A stretch of DNA of 64,000 bases from TPA_inf: Saccharomyces. Its lineage: Eukaryota. Shown one piece after another: positions 11,946-22,699 of the stretch (the stretch's first letter is position 1; the number at the start of each line of letters is the position of its first letter). A program made the position numbers and the translations under genes. Location: positions 672,001-736,000 of the forward strand of contig BK006938.2 in the NCBI GenBank assembly GCA_000146045.2, given 5' to 3'. The notes beneath the pieces are model-generated. The model did no database searches. It was not told the DNA's origin and saw only the letters and a program-made list of their open reading frames with translations.

Positions 11946-13643
11946 CTACTTTCTTTTTTTCTTCTTCAACTTGTTCTCAAAGTCTATCCATTTGCTTGGA
12001 ATACCTAGCTTGTTAAGGTGATCAATGATCGATTGACCGTGTGGACCTTGAACCTGCACTTCAGCACATTTGAATGTTTGTGATTCACTTATTGTTGTCG
12101 ATCCGCTACAAATCTTTCTTAAGTCAGCCGCAAGTGATTCTGGGTCGACTTGAAACACTTCAAAATTGCTCACTCTGGTAATAACTTTTCTGCCAATTTT
12201 CATTTCAGTAATAATCTTAATATGCGGAAGGGAACCCTTCATTGGCGCCTTGAACAAGAGAGTATCATCGCTTTTGAATATCTGATAGAACTCGGTAAAA
12301 TTATTGGTGAGTAAGGGATGCAAAATTTCACCTCTAGCAATGATACGTGAAGCATTCAAGACTTTCTTCTTCTTATTGACCATATCGAATAATAGATCGT
12401 CCATAATAACTTTTCCTTTATCTTTTGTGTCTGCTAGGTTCTTGACAGAAATATACTGAGAAACCGCGCTTCTAATGTCCTGAGAGGTGTAGTACGTGTG
12501 AGAAGCCAAATTAACCTCCTTCAAAAGATCTTTGGCAAGATTAAAGGGTTTATACAGAGTCAGTGAATACATCATTCCAGATGTTTTCTCCTTCGAGGTT
12601 GTGCTCTCCCTACTTTCTGTGGCAGACTTGCTACAACCAAGCTTATATGGCACAAAGTTCTTTAACTCATCCTTGTCAGTATTTTTGCCCACAATAGTTA
12701 AGTCATCCCCCTTTCCTTTTAATTTCAAGAAGCCTTCTTTCTCGAAGTGTTTCAAAAATTTTGCGCTTTTTTTCCATGAAGTTTTCTTTACATTGACTTC
12801 ATTGTGATCAATTGGAGGCAAATTACGCATAATGTGGTTTGAGATGAAGTTAGAAGCTGAAATGGGTAATTCCAAACCTTTATCTTGAGTCAAGGTATAA
12901 TATAATGCTCTTGTAATGAAATAATCTACATCCGACACAGTGAAATGGTCTAGAACTTCAGCAATCTCCTCTACATCAACAGACGCTTCTTTTACATCTT
13001 CTTGTTCCTTTTCAACAGCCTTGATTTGCTCCGAGGATTCTATCTGTTTACTACTGATATTGTTATCCTTTGATTGAGTACTGAGAACAAATGGAGGTTC
13101 CAATTTCATTTTAAAGACTTTGGAGAGCCCATCATTGAAATGATGTATGATTTTGACAGCAACTCCTGTTTCACCAATTACTTTATCAAAGGACGGTAGA
13201 TCTAATTCGACAATACCGATGGCTAAGACAGTTTCTGGTGCCTGTTTGCTAGCTATACCACAAAGAGTACCTATTTTACAACGAGGATCAAAGGGTGGGA
13301 TCGAACCGGAAATCATTAAGTTAGCGCCGTTGAATAAATGTTCTTCTATAACAAATCCATGAGTTAAAACGATCGGCAATAACGCAGGATATTCCCAACA
13401 AGAATACACAGTTGGAAAAAGTTGCTCCTTATGCTTTTCCTTGAATAATATTGGGGTATTATTCTCATCTGTGTAAACCGTTCCTACACTTTTCTGGCCG
13501 TTAAAGTTGGTTTGTTTTATAGTGGAAGTACGAAAGCTATATTCCTCATTATTCGTTTGTTTTTGGAATGTTTGTAGCAACTTCTTTCTTTCGGAATTCT
13601 TCAAATTACTTAAAGCTTTTATGTGAGGCTCCTTCTTAAACAT
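11946..13643 (-). CDS. TMA64: eIF2D-like translation recycling/reinitiation factor Tma64 (YDR117C), 565 aa
   Basis: PUA-like N-terminal region and a C-terminal SUI1/eIF1-like segment. Lys-rich C-terminus. Length 565 aa. Confidence 0.85.
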   Translation of the reverse strand: MFKKEPHIKALSNLKNSERKKLLQTFQKQTNNEEYSFRTSTIKQTNFNGQKSVGTVYTDENNTPILFKEKHKEQLFPTVYSCWEYPALLPIVLTHGFVIEEHLFNGANLMISGSIPPFDPRCKIGTLCGIASKQAPETVLAIGIVELDLPSFDKVIGETGVAVKIIHHFNDGLSKVFKMKLEPPFVLSTQSKDNNISSKQIESSEQIKAVEKEQEDVKEASVDVEEIAEVLDHFTVSDVDYFITRALYYTLTQDKGLELPISASNFISNHIMRNLPPIDHNEVNVKKTSWKKSAKFLKHFEKEGFLKLKGKGDDLTIVGKNTDKDELKNFVPYKLGCSKSATESRESTTSKEKTSGMMYSLTLYKPFNLAKDLLKEVNLASHTYYTSQDIRSAVSQYISVKNLADTKDKGKVIMDDLLFDMVNKKKKVLNASRIIARGEILHPLLTNNFTEFYQIFKSDDTLLFKAPMKGSLPHIKIITEMKIGRKVITRVSNFEVFQVDPESLAADLRKICSGSTTISESQTFKCAEVQVQGPHGQSIIDHLNKLGIPSKWIDFENKLKKKKRK

Positions 13644-13881
13644 AGCTGTACTAATCCTGCGCTACACTAATCTATTGAGTCGGTTATTCAGTAGACTCAT
13701 GTGTTAATTTTGACGCATATGTGTTATTTCACGGTTTTTTAGGTTTACATTTTTGTTTTCCGTAGCTAGCGCCTAAGTTTAACCAAGCATAACAAAATGG
13801 AGCACAGAATGCGTTCAATTCGATTTATCAGAAGACGTGACCTAGGGTTCTGTTGAACACGCGTAAACGACTCAAGACGAA

Positions 13882-15840
13882 ATGTCGTCTCCTATTAATG
13901 ATTATTTCATTGATTATAACCCTCTTTTTCCAATCTTTGCTACAAGAATTGCGAAAGGCCTTGCTATTTACAGAGTCTCGGATCACGCTAGGCTTGCAGT
14001 AATTCCAATAAGAAATATAAACTTGGTGGCGAATTACGATTGGGATACAACTACTGGTAAATTTTTGTCCATCTTTTTTAAGGATGGGACGATCAGAATC
14101 CATGACATTTTTAAAGACGGTCGATTAGTTTCATTCCTAAGAATTCCGAGTACAAAAATATCAAAAGGTATATGGGACCGAATTCCATTAAGATACGAAC
14201 CAAATAATCGAGATTTTGCATGTAACATCATTGATGATTTACCAAAGCTAATAAGGTTTGTAAAGGACTCCAAAAGGATAAACATTGTCCCTTACACTCA
14301 ACCGAATAGCTTGTGGAGAGGTCCTGATGAGGATGATCTAGATAGTAATGAAAAACTAGACGTTCACGTAGTATTCAATGAGGGAAATGATAAAATTACA
14401 GTTTTTTTTAATGGTGATTACGCTGTTTTCTTGTCGGTGGATAATATTGAAAACGAAAATTCTTTAAAATCAATTATCAAAGTTCAAGATGGCTTTTACC
14501 AGTGCTTCTATGAGGATGGAACTGTACAAACTTTAAATTTAGGACCTTTATTACAGAGCAAATCATCAGTGAACCTGCTGAATTATATAATGGTAATAAA
14601 AGAGCTTATAGGTTATATGCTTACTCATCTCGAGTTCATTAACCGGGAACTGGCAACACCTTATTTAGATTTCGTCAAAAGATTGTGTGATGAAGCCTAC
14701 GGATATGGCAAACTCAAATCGGAATTAGAAGCCCTCTTTTTACTTGGAGAGATCTCATGTGACTTGGAAGACTGGCTTTGCAATTCAGTAGGTGAGAAGA
14801 ACTTTAAAAGGTGGAAGTATTTAGGTTGTGAAGCTTACCAAAAAACTGTTCAGATTTTAACTTTAATATTTGTACCCGCATGTGAAAGAATCATTATTTA
14901 TGTGGAGAAGTTAAGGGCAATATTACAAGCCTTTTCTATACAGAATAAGCTCAGTTATACGTCAGATTTGACAGCTGTTGAAGTGCTCCTAAAAAGTTCA
15001 CAGAAATTGTTAACTATGACATTAAATTCAATAATAGGCTTGGGGAGGGACGAAACACTTTTTGAGAAGTTTTTCATATGGTTCAACGACAGACTTCATG
15101 AAGCGCTAGATGAAGATTATAAACTGAAATTTCAATTTGAGGATGATCTTTACTTTGGATACGATTTACTAAGTTACTTTGACAGAATCTTATCTAAAAA
15201 AGGTACGGAACCTAGCTCAATAATCGACGTGAAACTTTATAGAGACCTAATTAACAGCATGTCTGATATGGAAAAAGATATTGCACAAAGTAATGTTAAT
15301 TCTCATATTCAACAGCATATTCTGGTTGATTTAAAAACGGATGTTTTTGCGCAAAAATATCCATCTTCGCAAATAAATTTGCTTGATGCCATAAAATTAC
15401 CAAAGCATAATTACATAGTCTACCTTATTCAGGTAACAAAACACAACAGTGCTCAAGAACCTTTCTCAGAAGAAAACAAAAAGAAACTATATATAGGTAC
15501 TCTGAAAGATGAGAATTTAGGCATTATATCAAAGGAATCGTCAGTCAAGATTCCGGCGCTATTCAAGAGCTATAGGTTGAGCAGTACAAGGTTTGTGCCG
15601 AATAGGGTCCATAGCTTGCTTCGGGATATTGGATTGTCAGATAGTAACTATCATAGTAGCCACGTCACCGATTATAGGGGAGAAAACTATGAAAACGAGG
15701 AAGATGATGGCACAATAGCTATTCCTGCTTACATCAGGGAGAATAGGGAAAATGATGATTTCATAGCATGCACCGCGAAGGTATCGGTGGATGGAAGAAG
15801 CGCATCCCTAGTGTTTCCAAAAGAAAAACAAAATGTTTGA
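13882..15840 (+). CDS. APC4: Anaphase-promoting complex subunit Apc4 (YDR118W), 652 aa
   Basis: Length and synteny. WD40-like N-terminal half. Confidence 0.85.
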   Translation: MSSPINDYFIDYNPLFPIFATRIAKGLAIYRVSDHARLAVIPIRNINLVANYDWDTTTGKFLSIFFKDGTIRIHDIFKDGRLVSFLRIPSTKISKGIWDRIPLRYEPNNRDFACNIIDDLPKLIRFVKDSKRINIVPYTQPNSLWRGPDEDDLDSNEKLDVHVVFNEGNDKITVFFNGDYAVFLSVDNIENENSLKSIIKVQDGFYQCFYEDGTVQTLNLGPLLQSKSSVNLLNYIMVIKELIGYMLTHLEFINRELATPYLDFVKRLCDEAYGYGKLKSELEALFLLGEISCDLEDWLCNSVGEKNFKRWKYLGCEAYQKTVQILTLIFVPACERIIIYVEKLRAILQAFSIQNKLSYTSDLTAVEVLLKSSQKLLTMTLNSIIGLGRDETLFEKFFIWFNDRLHEALDEDYKLKFQFEDDLYFGYDLLSYFDRILSKKGTEPSSIIDVKLYRDLINSMSDMEKDIAQSNVNSHIQQHILVDLKTDVFAQKYPSSQINLLDAIKLPKHNYIVYLIQVTKHNSAQEPFSEENKKKLYIGTLKDENLGIISKESSVKIPALFKSYRLSSTRFVPNRVHSLLRDIGLSDSNYHSSHVTDYRGENYENEEDDGTIAIPAYIRENRENDDFIACTAKVSVDGRSASLVFPKEKQNV

Positions 15841-16226
15841 CACATAGACAGATGACGAGTAGCTTTTTTTTAGTATTTGCATAATGATCACCAATAATAG
15901 TAGTAATGAAATGTAAGCGTAAATAGCGTATGCATCATCTCCCAAGACTTTTCTTTTGTATGGCGCACTATGAAGAAGTTTGGAACCCGCCTGTGGTGTA
16001 CTGAGAAAAAAAAAAAATTTCAAGGGCCCGCAATCTCAAAATGGAGTCAATTGTGTCAAGTCTTTTTTTTTTTTTTCATCGTTATCTCACTTTTTATTGC
16101 TTATCTTAAGATAATTTAGCTGATATACTATATAGAATAGCCGAAGTGTCAGTTTACTCAGATTTTTGCTACTTTTGATTACTTTTTTTTTACATTTTCA
16201 AGGTAATTGACGTCGGTTAAGTAGAG

Positions 16227-18533
16227 ATGGGGAAGAAGGATAGACAGCGCAAGAAACTGCGTGAGTTTGCTAAATTGAAAAACAGGCAGCGAAACTTGAG
16301 AAAGAGCGTGCAAACATTGAAGAATGAGGTTCAACGAGAGGCTAAAGTCCCAAGAACTTCGAATCAAATTGCTTTAGGAAACGACAAAATCGAAGAGATT
16401 AACGAAAATAGTCCATTATTATCAGCTCCTAGTAAACAAGAGGAGGTATCAATTCCGAAAGCGGTTGATATTGATACCATTGATGCACAGCCTCTTCACG
16501 AAGGCCCAAAAATTGATGACTCGCCCCAAGATGAGGTCAATAGCATTAAAGGAAAACCTGCGGACAAGGCTAATGAAGACGATCTTAAGCCGCCTTCACA
16601 ACATGAAGCATGTGGAAATTCAGCTTTGCAAAGCTCTATTACAGATTTTAGTGATAGATCAGTATCACCATTGCAAAGTATTACCAGCTGCAATACTCCG
16701 ATGAGTGAGCACGAGCTACCAGTATCTTCCTCAAATTCGTTTGAAAGAGCTGATGATATGCCTGTAGTGCAGGCAGATAACCAGACGTCAAGTAGTAAAT
16801 CTTTGCACATTGTTGCACCATCTCCTGAAGTACCAGTCAGCGGAGATGAAATCACTTCATATGGATATGGCTCTATACCCCAGAGCATCGGGGATGTAGA
16901 GAACGGATTGAATCCTCCTTATGTCGAAAATACATCATCTGATGAACTTGTACATGATCTGACGAGAAGACGGATATTTTCATCCTGTATGTGTACTTAT
17001 TTATTCTTTATTGCAATGGACAGTTCTATAATCCTAGTAATTGCGTCCAAAATTGCTTCGGAGTTTCATGAGTTATGGAGATTATCCTTAGTCATCTCAG
17101 CATACCTATTGAGTAATGCTATTGGGCAACTGGTATTTTTGAAGCTATCTTTAATATCCAGTGTAAAATTGTTGTTGTGTATTGCTCAATTCAGTTTTAT
17201 CCTTGGTGGCTATTTATCTTGGAGTTCTGCCCATTTTTGGACGTTTATCTTTGCCCGTTGTGTCACAGGATTTGGGGGCGGTTCCTTAATAGCGCTCAAA
17301 AGTACTATTATGAATCGGTTTTCTCAAAAGAACGACAGTCGGTACTCATTGAGTGCCTCTATGATAACATTTGCTATGGGTGTGGTAATTGGGCCCTTTA
17401 TGATGAACTTGTTTGATTCTTCTCATGGTAGCGGGTGGAGAAATGCCTTCTTAATACCAGTTCCTTTTTGCCTTGTGAATGCCTCGATTATGCTGGCAGA
17501 TATGTATTCTGTTAAGAGCACTTTATATGGACGCCCAACGCCTACATTATGGAAAAGATTCAAGAATACTCTATTAAGTCCTGATTTATACGAAATATTG
17601 ACACTTACGCTATTCCTACTTTGTTTCGTTCAAGTGACCTCATTGGATTTAACAGGGTTAAAGAATAATACGATGATTCAAGCGCTACTATTTTCTGTAA
17701 TTATCGTTTGTGGCATTTTATTTTTCTTGATAGAGACAAGCGATACTTACATGAACTCTGTAATTTCAATGTCCTTACAAGGTGACAAGCGTTTAATATG
17801 GACAATGATAGGAATTTCATTTTGCTTTGCAGCATTAATGTGCATCATCCCATTCGGTACAACGTACTTCATCATTGTTTTAAATTTAAGCACTTTACAA
17901 CTTGCAGAGAGATTGTCCCCATTCTTTTTCTCCATTGTACTGGGTTACTTTAGTGTTTCTTATTTTTGGAAGTCGAAAGGACAGAATTTTTTGCTAAAAT
18001 TTGTTTTAAGCGGAGCCACCCTGTTACTATATGTGGCACTTATGGGGGTAAGTTTGAATTTACCAGTATGGAAGCAATATATATGTTTGTCTCTGCCATT
18101 TTTGGGCTCCTCTATGATATTGACCTTGCTGTCAAATCTTTATCATGAGTACCATGAACAAAGAAAGTCACCTATCAGTGGTTCTATCGTATATTGTTTC
18201 GGTGCCGTGGGGGGGACGGTTGGTATTTCCTTGGGTGGTTATGTCTTCCACAAAACATTAATAAAACTTATGCATGAGAAGGTGATGCCATTTAGCAAGC
18301 AAGGTTATCTTAAAAAGGACCTTTTGAAAATTATCAAGCACGCTACGGAATCTTCAGATTGGGTACACGAATCAGCCCCAAAGTTTGTTTTTCAAACTTT
18401 GATTGAGTGTTATTTACAAGCATGTCGAAACGTATTCAAACTCTCTACCCTTTTTTTTACGATTACTGTCGTAGCAATATTCATTTTCAACAGAATCCAT
18501 TGTCGTAGTCAAAATTGTTTGTCACTATCTTGA
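16227..18533 (+). CDS. VBA4: Major facilitator superfamily vacuolar basic amino acid transporter family member Vba4 (YDR119W), 768 aa
   Basis: The first ~240 aa are hydrophilic and Ser/Glu/Lys-rich. They are followed by ~12 hydrophobic transmembrane segments typical of the MFS DHA2 family. Confidence 0.85.
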   Translation: MGKKDRQRKKLREFAKLKNRQRNLRKSVQTLKNEVQREAKVPRTSNQIALGNDKIEEINENSPLLSAPSKQEEVSIPKAVDIDTIDAQPLHEGPKIDDSPQDEVNSIKGKPADKANEDDLKPPSQHEACGNSALQSSITDFSDRSVSPLQSITSCNTPMSEHELPVSSSNSFERADDMPVVQADNQTSSSKSLHIVAPSPEVPVSGDEITSYGYGSIPQSIGDVENGLNPPYVENTSSDELVHDLTRRRIFSSCMCTYLFFIAMDSSIILVIASKIASEFHELWRLSLVISAYLLSNAIGQLVFLKLSLISSVKLLLCIAQFSFILGGYLSWSSAHFWTFIFARCVTGFGGGSLIALKSTIMNRFSQKNDSRYSLSASMITFAMGVVIGPFMMNLFDSSHGSGWRNAFLIPVPFCLVNASIMLADMYSVKSTLYGRPTPTLWKRFKNTLLSPDLYEILTLTLFLLCFVQVTSLDLTGLKNNTMIQALLFSVIIVCGILFFLIETSDTYMNSVISMSLQGDKRLIWTMIGISFCFAALMCIIPFGTTYFIIVLNLSTLQLAERLSPFFFSIVLGYFSVSYFWKSKGQNFLLKFVLSGATLLLYVALMGVSLNLPVWKQYICLSLPFLGSSMILTLLSNLYHEYHEQRKSPISGSIVYCFGAVGGTVGISLGGYVFHKTLIKLMHEKVMPFSKQGYLKKDLLKIIKHATESSDWVHESAPKFVFQTLIECYLQACRNVFKLSTLFFTITVVAIFIFNRIHCRSQNCLSLS

Positions 18534-19013
18534 ACCGGTAGATGAAAATGTATACTTTAAATAATACAAATACTTTTTTTCTTTTTTCTTAAACCCGATA
18601 ATACTTTTGTCGCTTAGATAAAGATGCAGGGAACTTCAATCATTGTGGTGACCGCACAAAGGCGGGATCTGAAAAATGATCGTATGGGGCGGGGGAAGAA
18701 TAGAAGAGTGAACAAGGGGATATGGTATCCGTGCAAGAAATGAATGGCCAGAATAGCTTGATTTTTACTTGCTGAAAATGCAGCAAGCGGAAACCCCTCT
18801 ATCAGTAGGCAACCAAAGAAAACATGGTTTTGTTTATGATAGTGTTTTCTCCGACTAAATGACACTTAATATATAAGCCAGTCATTTTTCTTTCATACTT
18901 TCCTCTTGCATGACGAAACAATTCTTTTTTTATTTCGTTTCCTTGTCTGTACTTTTTAGACACTTGACCATATCACAGATATTTACAGACTCTTTTAATT
19001 CTAAATAGGTAAA

Positions 19014-19214
19014 ATGTTCTTCAGCCAAGTTTTGAGATCTTCCGCTCGTGCTGCCCCAATCAAGAGGTATACAGGCGGTAGAATAGGTGAATCGTGGGTA
19101 ATTACGGAAGGTAGAAGGCTCATTCCAGAAATCTTTCAATGGAGTGCAGTATTGAGCGTTTGTTTAGGTTGGCCTGGTGCTGTATACTTCTTTAGTAAGG
19201 CAAGAAAAGCATGA
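19014..19214 (+). CDS. COX26: Small mitochondrial protein Cox26 (YDR119W-A), 66 aa, cytochrome c oxidase / supercomplex-associated
   Basis: 66-aa ORF in the convergent VBA4-TRM1 intergenic region. Presequence-like N-terminus (MFFSQVLRSSARAAPIKRYTGG) and one C-terminal hydrophobic helix. Confidence 0.75.
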   Translation: MFFSQVLRSSARAAPIKRYTGGRIGESWVITEGRRLIPEIFQWSAVLSVCLGWPGAVYFFSKARKA

Positions 19215-19548
19215 GTTTGATAAGAAAAAAAAATTTGCTAAAAATGAGTGTAACACTACCAACATGGCGAGTTTAGTTTGATACTAGGCGCTATACATTA
19301 TTATTTATATGCCCAGAGGTTACAACAGTGGCTACAATGCAAAAAATATACTGGCTTATATTTTTCATTTGAGATCTGGTTCCTCAAATATATATATATA
19401 TTTATTTATTTTTTACACATACATACTGCCCTCCTGATTACTTTAAACATCTATATTACAAAAGAGAAGCATTCTTTTCCGTCCATTATACCGTTCTCGG
19501 GCGGATCCTTAGTTTCTTACGTTTTAGCTCTAACACTAATCAAAATTC

Positions 19549-21261
19549 TTATGAAGTGTTGGGACGGGCTTTTGGGCCCCAATTCTTTGTTGGATTTTCC
19601 TGATATCTCACAATTTTTAGCTTCCTTAGTTTTTCAATATTACCGCTTTGTTCATTTGGTGCGAACGACAGCTTTGAGTCATACTCTGATTTGACAGTGC
19701 CACTCAACCATCCTGGCATTGCCGATAAAATCTTATAGCCCGTAGTATTTGGATTCATTTTGCTTAAGTCTTTCTTCTCATCATCACATTTCTGCATCAC
19801 ATACCAGATTGCATCCCATGGAGCGTTAGTCTTTAGGGACGATGGTTGGGCATGTGTCAATGAACATTCAAAGCCTAGGGAACCTAGGCCTGCGACTACT
19901 TTTTTCAAGGGAGGTACTTGTAATTTTATTACCGATGCAATATGGTTAGGACTGAAATAGAATGGCGAATCGGATAATTCATTCTTAGCTAGAGATAGCA
20001 TACCTTCAATTCTTTTACGTGTTCCATATGTATCATCCTGGTCACGATGCTCTTCTTTATTAATTCTCAACACCTCCTCGATGAACTCCTTGTTGTGTAG
20101 AGGTCCTGCATACATTGGACCAGCTAAATGGTATGTCCCCTCGCAGAACTTACATTTAGTATCAACCGGAGGCCCTTGCGCAACCGAGTATTTGGTGAAT
20201 GTTTTGTTGTTCCTACCTTCGCGTTGAGAAATTCTGCCCAGAGGTTGATTGTGGTAAGAGCCGCAACGGGAACAATGGTAAGTAGTCATAGTACTTGACA
20301 TAACGTTTTTGACTTCAATCGGGCTTGTTTTGACTTTGACAAAAACTCTGACGTAAAAGTCAATGCTCAACGACAAAAGCGGTTCCACAGTTTTCTTGTA
20401 TTTCGCGGCAGTTTGCTTTAGTAAGTTCAATACTAGTCTCAGCGCACTTTCGTGAGTTGATTCATGAGAAACCATATTTGCACCACCATATAAGGCAAAA
20501 CACTTTTCTGGGTATCCGTTACCGGCCAAAACGGATAAATCAGTGCAAGTTACCAGCATTAGACCACCCTCCTCAATACTCTGAATAGCCGCATCTACAA
20601 AAGGTGTAACGGTACCGTAAGGATCCAAGTCGATGACGTGAAACTTATTATTCGTCGCTTTGTTACGGTACATTAAGACATTAGCATCATCAAGGTTTGG
20701 CTTGACAATGTTTTCGACACTATTATATTCAACGTTTCGTTTTATAGATTCGACAGCCTCTGGAAGTAAATCGTTAGCAATAACTTCCCTCACATGGGGA
20801 ATTTCATGAGCATACCTAATGGCTCTTAACCCAGTGGCTGACAATGCTTCCAAAATATTTATATAAGGTTCGTTTCGATTAGAATTACCAACGGCTTCTT
20901 TTGGTGACCCGTTTCCCATTTTTTGACGCTTGGAAGAATCATCGTTAGTTTCCGCGCACCTTTTCTTCTTACTTTTTTTATTATTTCTCTTTTGGCCACA
21001 TTCCTCACCATATAGGTTGTCCCACGCCTTGATGCATGTAACACTTAGATCTCTATTAAATTGTTGGATGGGATTATAGAAAACAGTTTCCTTTTTAGGG
21101 AAAAGAATTTCTGCTTTTCCTTCCTTGACTATATTGAAATCCTCAATATTGATTCTTGGTGCACCATACGCGGTAAAATTCGCTTTAATTTTGGATATAG
21201 CAGCCTTCAACATTCCGTGTAAATTTGCCCGCTTGAGGGGTATCCTGAAGAAACCTTCCAT
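19549..21261 (-). CDS. TRM1: tRNA (guanine26-N2,N2)-dimethyltransferase Trm1 (YDR120C), 570 aa
   Basis: Trm1 family (FYNP.Q.FNRDLS region; C-terminal Cys cluster CSRCGSYH...CKFCEG). Two in-frame ATGs (Met1 at 21261, Met17 at 21213) give mitochondrial and nuclear isoforms. Confidence 0.9.
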   Translation of the reverse strand: MEGFFRIPLKRANLHGMLKAAISKIKANFTAYGAPRINIEDFNIVKEGKAEILFPKKETVFYNPIQQFNRDLSVTCIKAWDNLYGEECGQKRNNKKSKKKRCAETNDDSSKRQKMGNGSPKEAVGNSNRNEPYINILEALSATGLRAIRYAHEIPHVREVIANDLLPEAVESIKRNVEYNSVENIVKPNLDDANVLMYRNKATNNKFHVIDLDPYGTVTPFVDAAIQSIEEGGLMLVTCTDLSVLAGNGYPEKCFALYGGANMVSHESTHESALRLVLNLLKQTAAKYKKTVEPLLSLSIDFYVRVFVKVKTSPIEVKNVMSSTMTTYHCSRCGSYHNQPLGRISQREGRNNKTFTKYSVAQGPPVDTKCKFCEGTYHLAGPMYAGPLHNKEFIEEVLRINKEEHRDQDDTYGTRKRIEGMLSLAKNELSDSPFYFSPNHIASVIKLQVPPLKKVVAGLGSLGFECSLTHAQPSSLKTNAPWDAIWYVMQKCDDEKKDLSKMNPNTTGYKILSAMPGWLSGTVKSEYDSKLSFAPNEQSGNIEKLRKLKIVRYQENPTKNWGPKARPNTS

Positions 21262-21317
21262 ATCTACATTGTAAGAGGAAAGGTATCAACTTATGACTGC
21301 TCAGGATCTGTAACTTT

Positions 21318-21326
21318 GCGATGAGC
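21318..21326 (+). promoter_or_regulatory. PAC-like motif GCGATGAGC in the TRM1/DPB4 divergent promoter
   Basis: It matches the ribosome-biogenesis regulon element GCGATGAG(C/A)T at 9 of 10 positions. It sits 57 bp upstream of the TRM1 ATG and is followed by an A-rich, RRPE-like run. Confidence 0.35.
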
Positions 21327-21584
21327 ATTGAATGCGATGAAAAAAAAATAATGCTTTATCCCTTTGGACGAATAAAGAAAGGCTCAAATTGGAATAACGT
21401 TAAAAACCAGATTCGATCATCAGAGCTTAAAATTGTTATTCATAGCGGCACAATAGCAGAAGCCACAGAATATTACCTAGAGGTTTTAGGTGAAAGGAAG
21501 GATTTTTTTAATTATTTAATACTTTGAAATAGAAGTCAAGCCTTTCATTGCTTATTTATATCAGACCATATATTTTTACACACG

Positions 21585-22175
21585 ATGCCACCAAAAGGTT
21601 GGAGAAAAGACGCCCAAGGGAATTACCCCACTACTTCGTATATTAAAGAACAAGAGAACATTACGATTCAGGACCTGTTATTTCCTAAAAGCACTATTGT
21701 GAATTTGGCACGCGAAGTGCCACAGCAAAGCGGCAAAAAGCTGCTGATAAATAAAGACGCATCACTAGCGTTACAGCGTGGTGCTACAGTATTTGTTAAC
21801 CACTTGCTCCTGTTTGCAAGGGAAATTGCAAAGAGTCAAGATAAAAAAAGCTGCAGTGTAGATGATGTTCTGAGTGCTTTGGACCATATAGGACACTCGG
21901 CATTGAAGGGTCCGGTTAGAGATAAACTAGATGAATACCAAGCTGCTGTTGAACAGAGGAAGAAGGAAAAACTAGATAGTGGTGAAGTAGATGCTGATGG
22001 CGATATAGATATGGGTGAAGATAAGGAGAATGTGCCCGTGGAAAAGGTTAAAGAGCATGACGAAATAGAAGAACAAGGCGATGCATTACAGGACGTAGAA
22101 GAGTCCTCCGAAAAGAAACAGAAAACGGAGAGCCAAGATGTAGAAACTAGAGTTCAAAACCTTGAGCAAACGTAA
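21585..22175 (+). CDS. DPB4: DNA polymerase epsilon / ISW2-CHRAC histone-fold subunit Dpb4 (YDR121W), 196 aa
   Basis: Histone-fold (NF-YB/CBF-like) N-terminal half and an acidic Glu/Asp-rich C-terminal tail. Confidence 0.85.
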   Translation: MPPKGWRKDAQGNYPTTSYIKEQENITIQDLLFPKSTIVNLAREVPQQSGKKLLINKDASLALQRGATVFVNHLLLFAREIAKSQDKKSCSVDDVLSALDHIGHSALKGPVRDKLDEYQAAVEQRKKEKLDSGEVDADGDIDMGEDKENVPVEKVKEHDEIEEQGDALQDVEESSEKKQKTESQDVETRVQNLEQT

Positions 22176-22699
22176 CCCCGCTATGGAAACTGTCTAGTAG
22201 TGCTTGCCACCACTCCCACAGGATCGTAGTATGTAACTTGCCTTTATTACCTACATACATAATAAGCTATACTCATCGTCGTTATTTGCAAGCCGGGGAA
22301 CCCAACGCGGCGCCAATGCGGAAGGAAAGAAAGGGGACAAGAAGTTGATATTGGTGGAACGTTAACAAGAAATTATGGCGTTGAGGAAGTGTATTAGCGA
22401 GATACGATATCAAGCAGGTTTAGTTAGAGCCACTTTGTGATTTGAAATTTTTTGAGATTTACTTCGTTATTATAAGGACATACGGTAACCTAGGCTAGTT
22501 AACATAATTAGTTGTCACCCTTCGCCCCCCTACCCTATCGGTCTTTCATTTTCCAACTATTGATTAGTAAAATTCAAACATCTTTGCTCCGATTAGAGCA
22601 ACTGAATATACTAGGGATTTTGGGCTATTACGCATTTTTTTTTTCAACTTCTTTTAAACAGGTACAGTTTATTACGATTACTTTTTGCTCACGTAGAAT

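Noticed and set aside
13740-13760. GTTTACATTTT near-ARS-consensus in the TMA64/APC4 divergent promoter
   Set aside because: It matches the ACS at only 10 of 11 positions and lies in a promoter between divergent genes. It is weaker than the 5940..5950 perfect match and is not reported as a feature.
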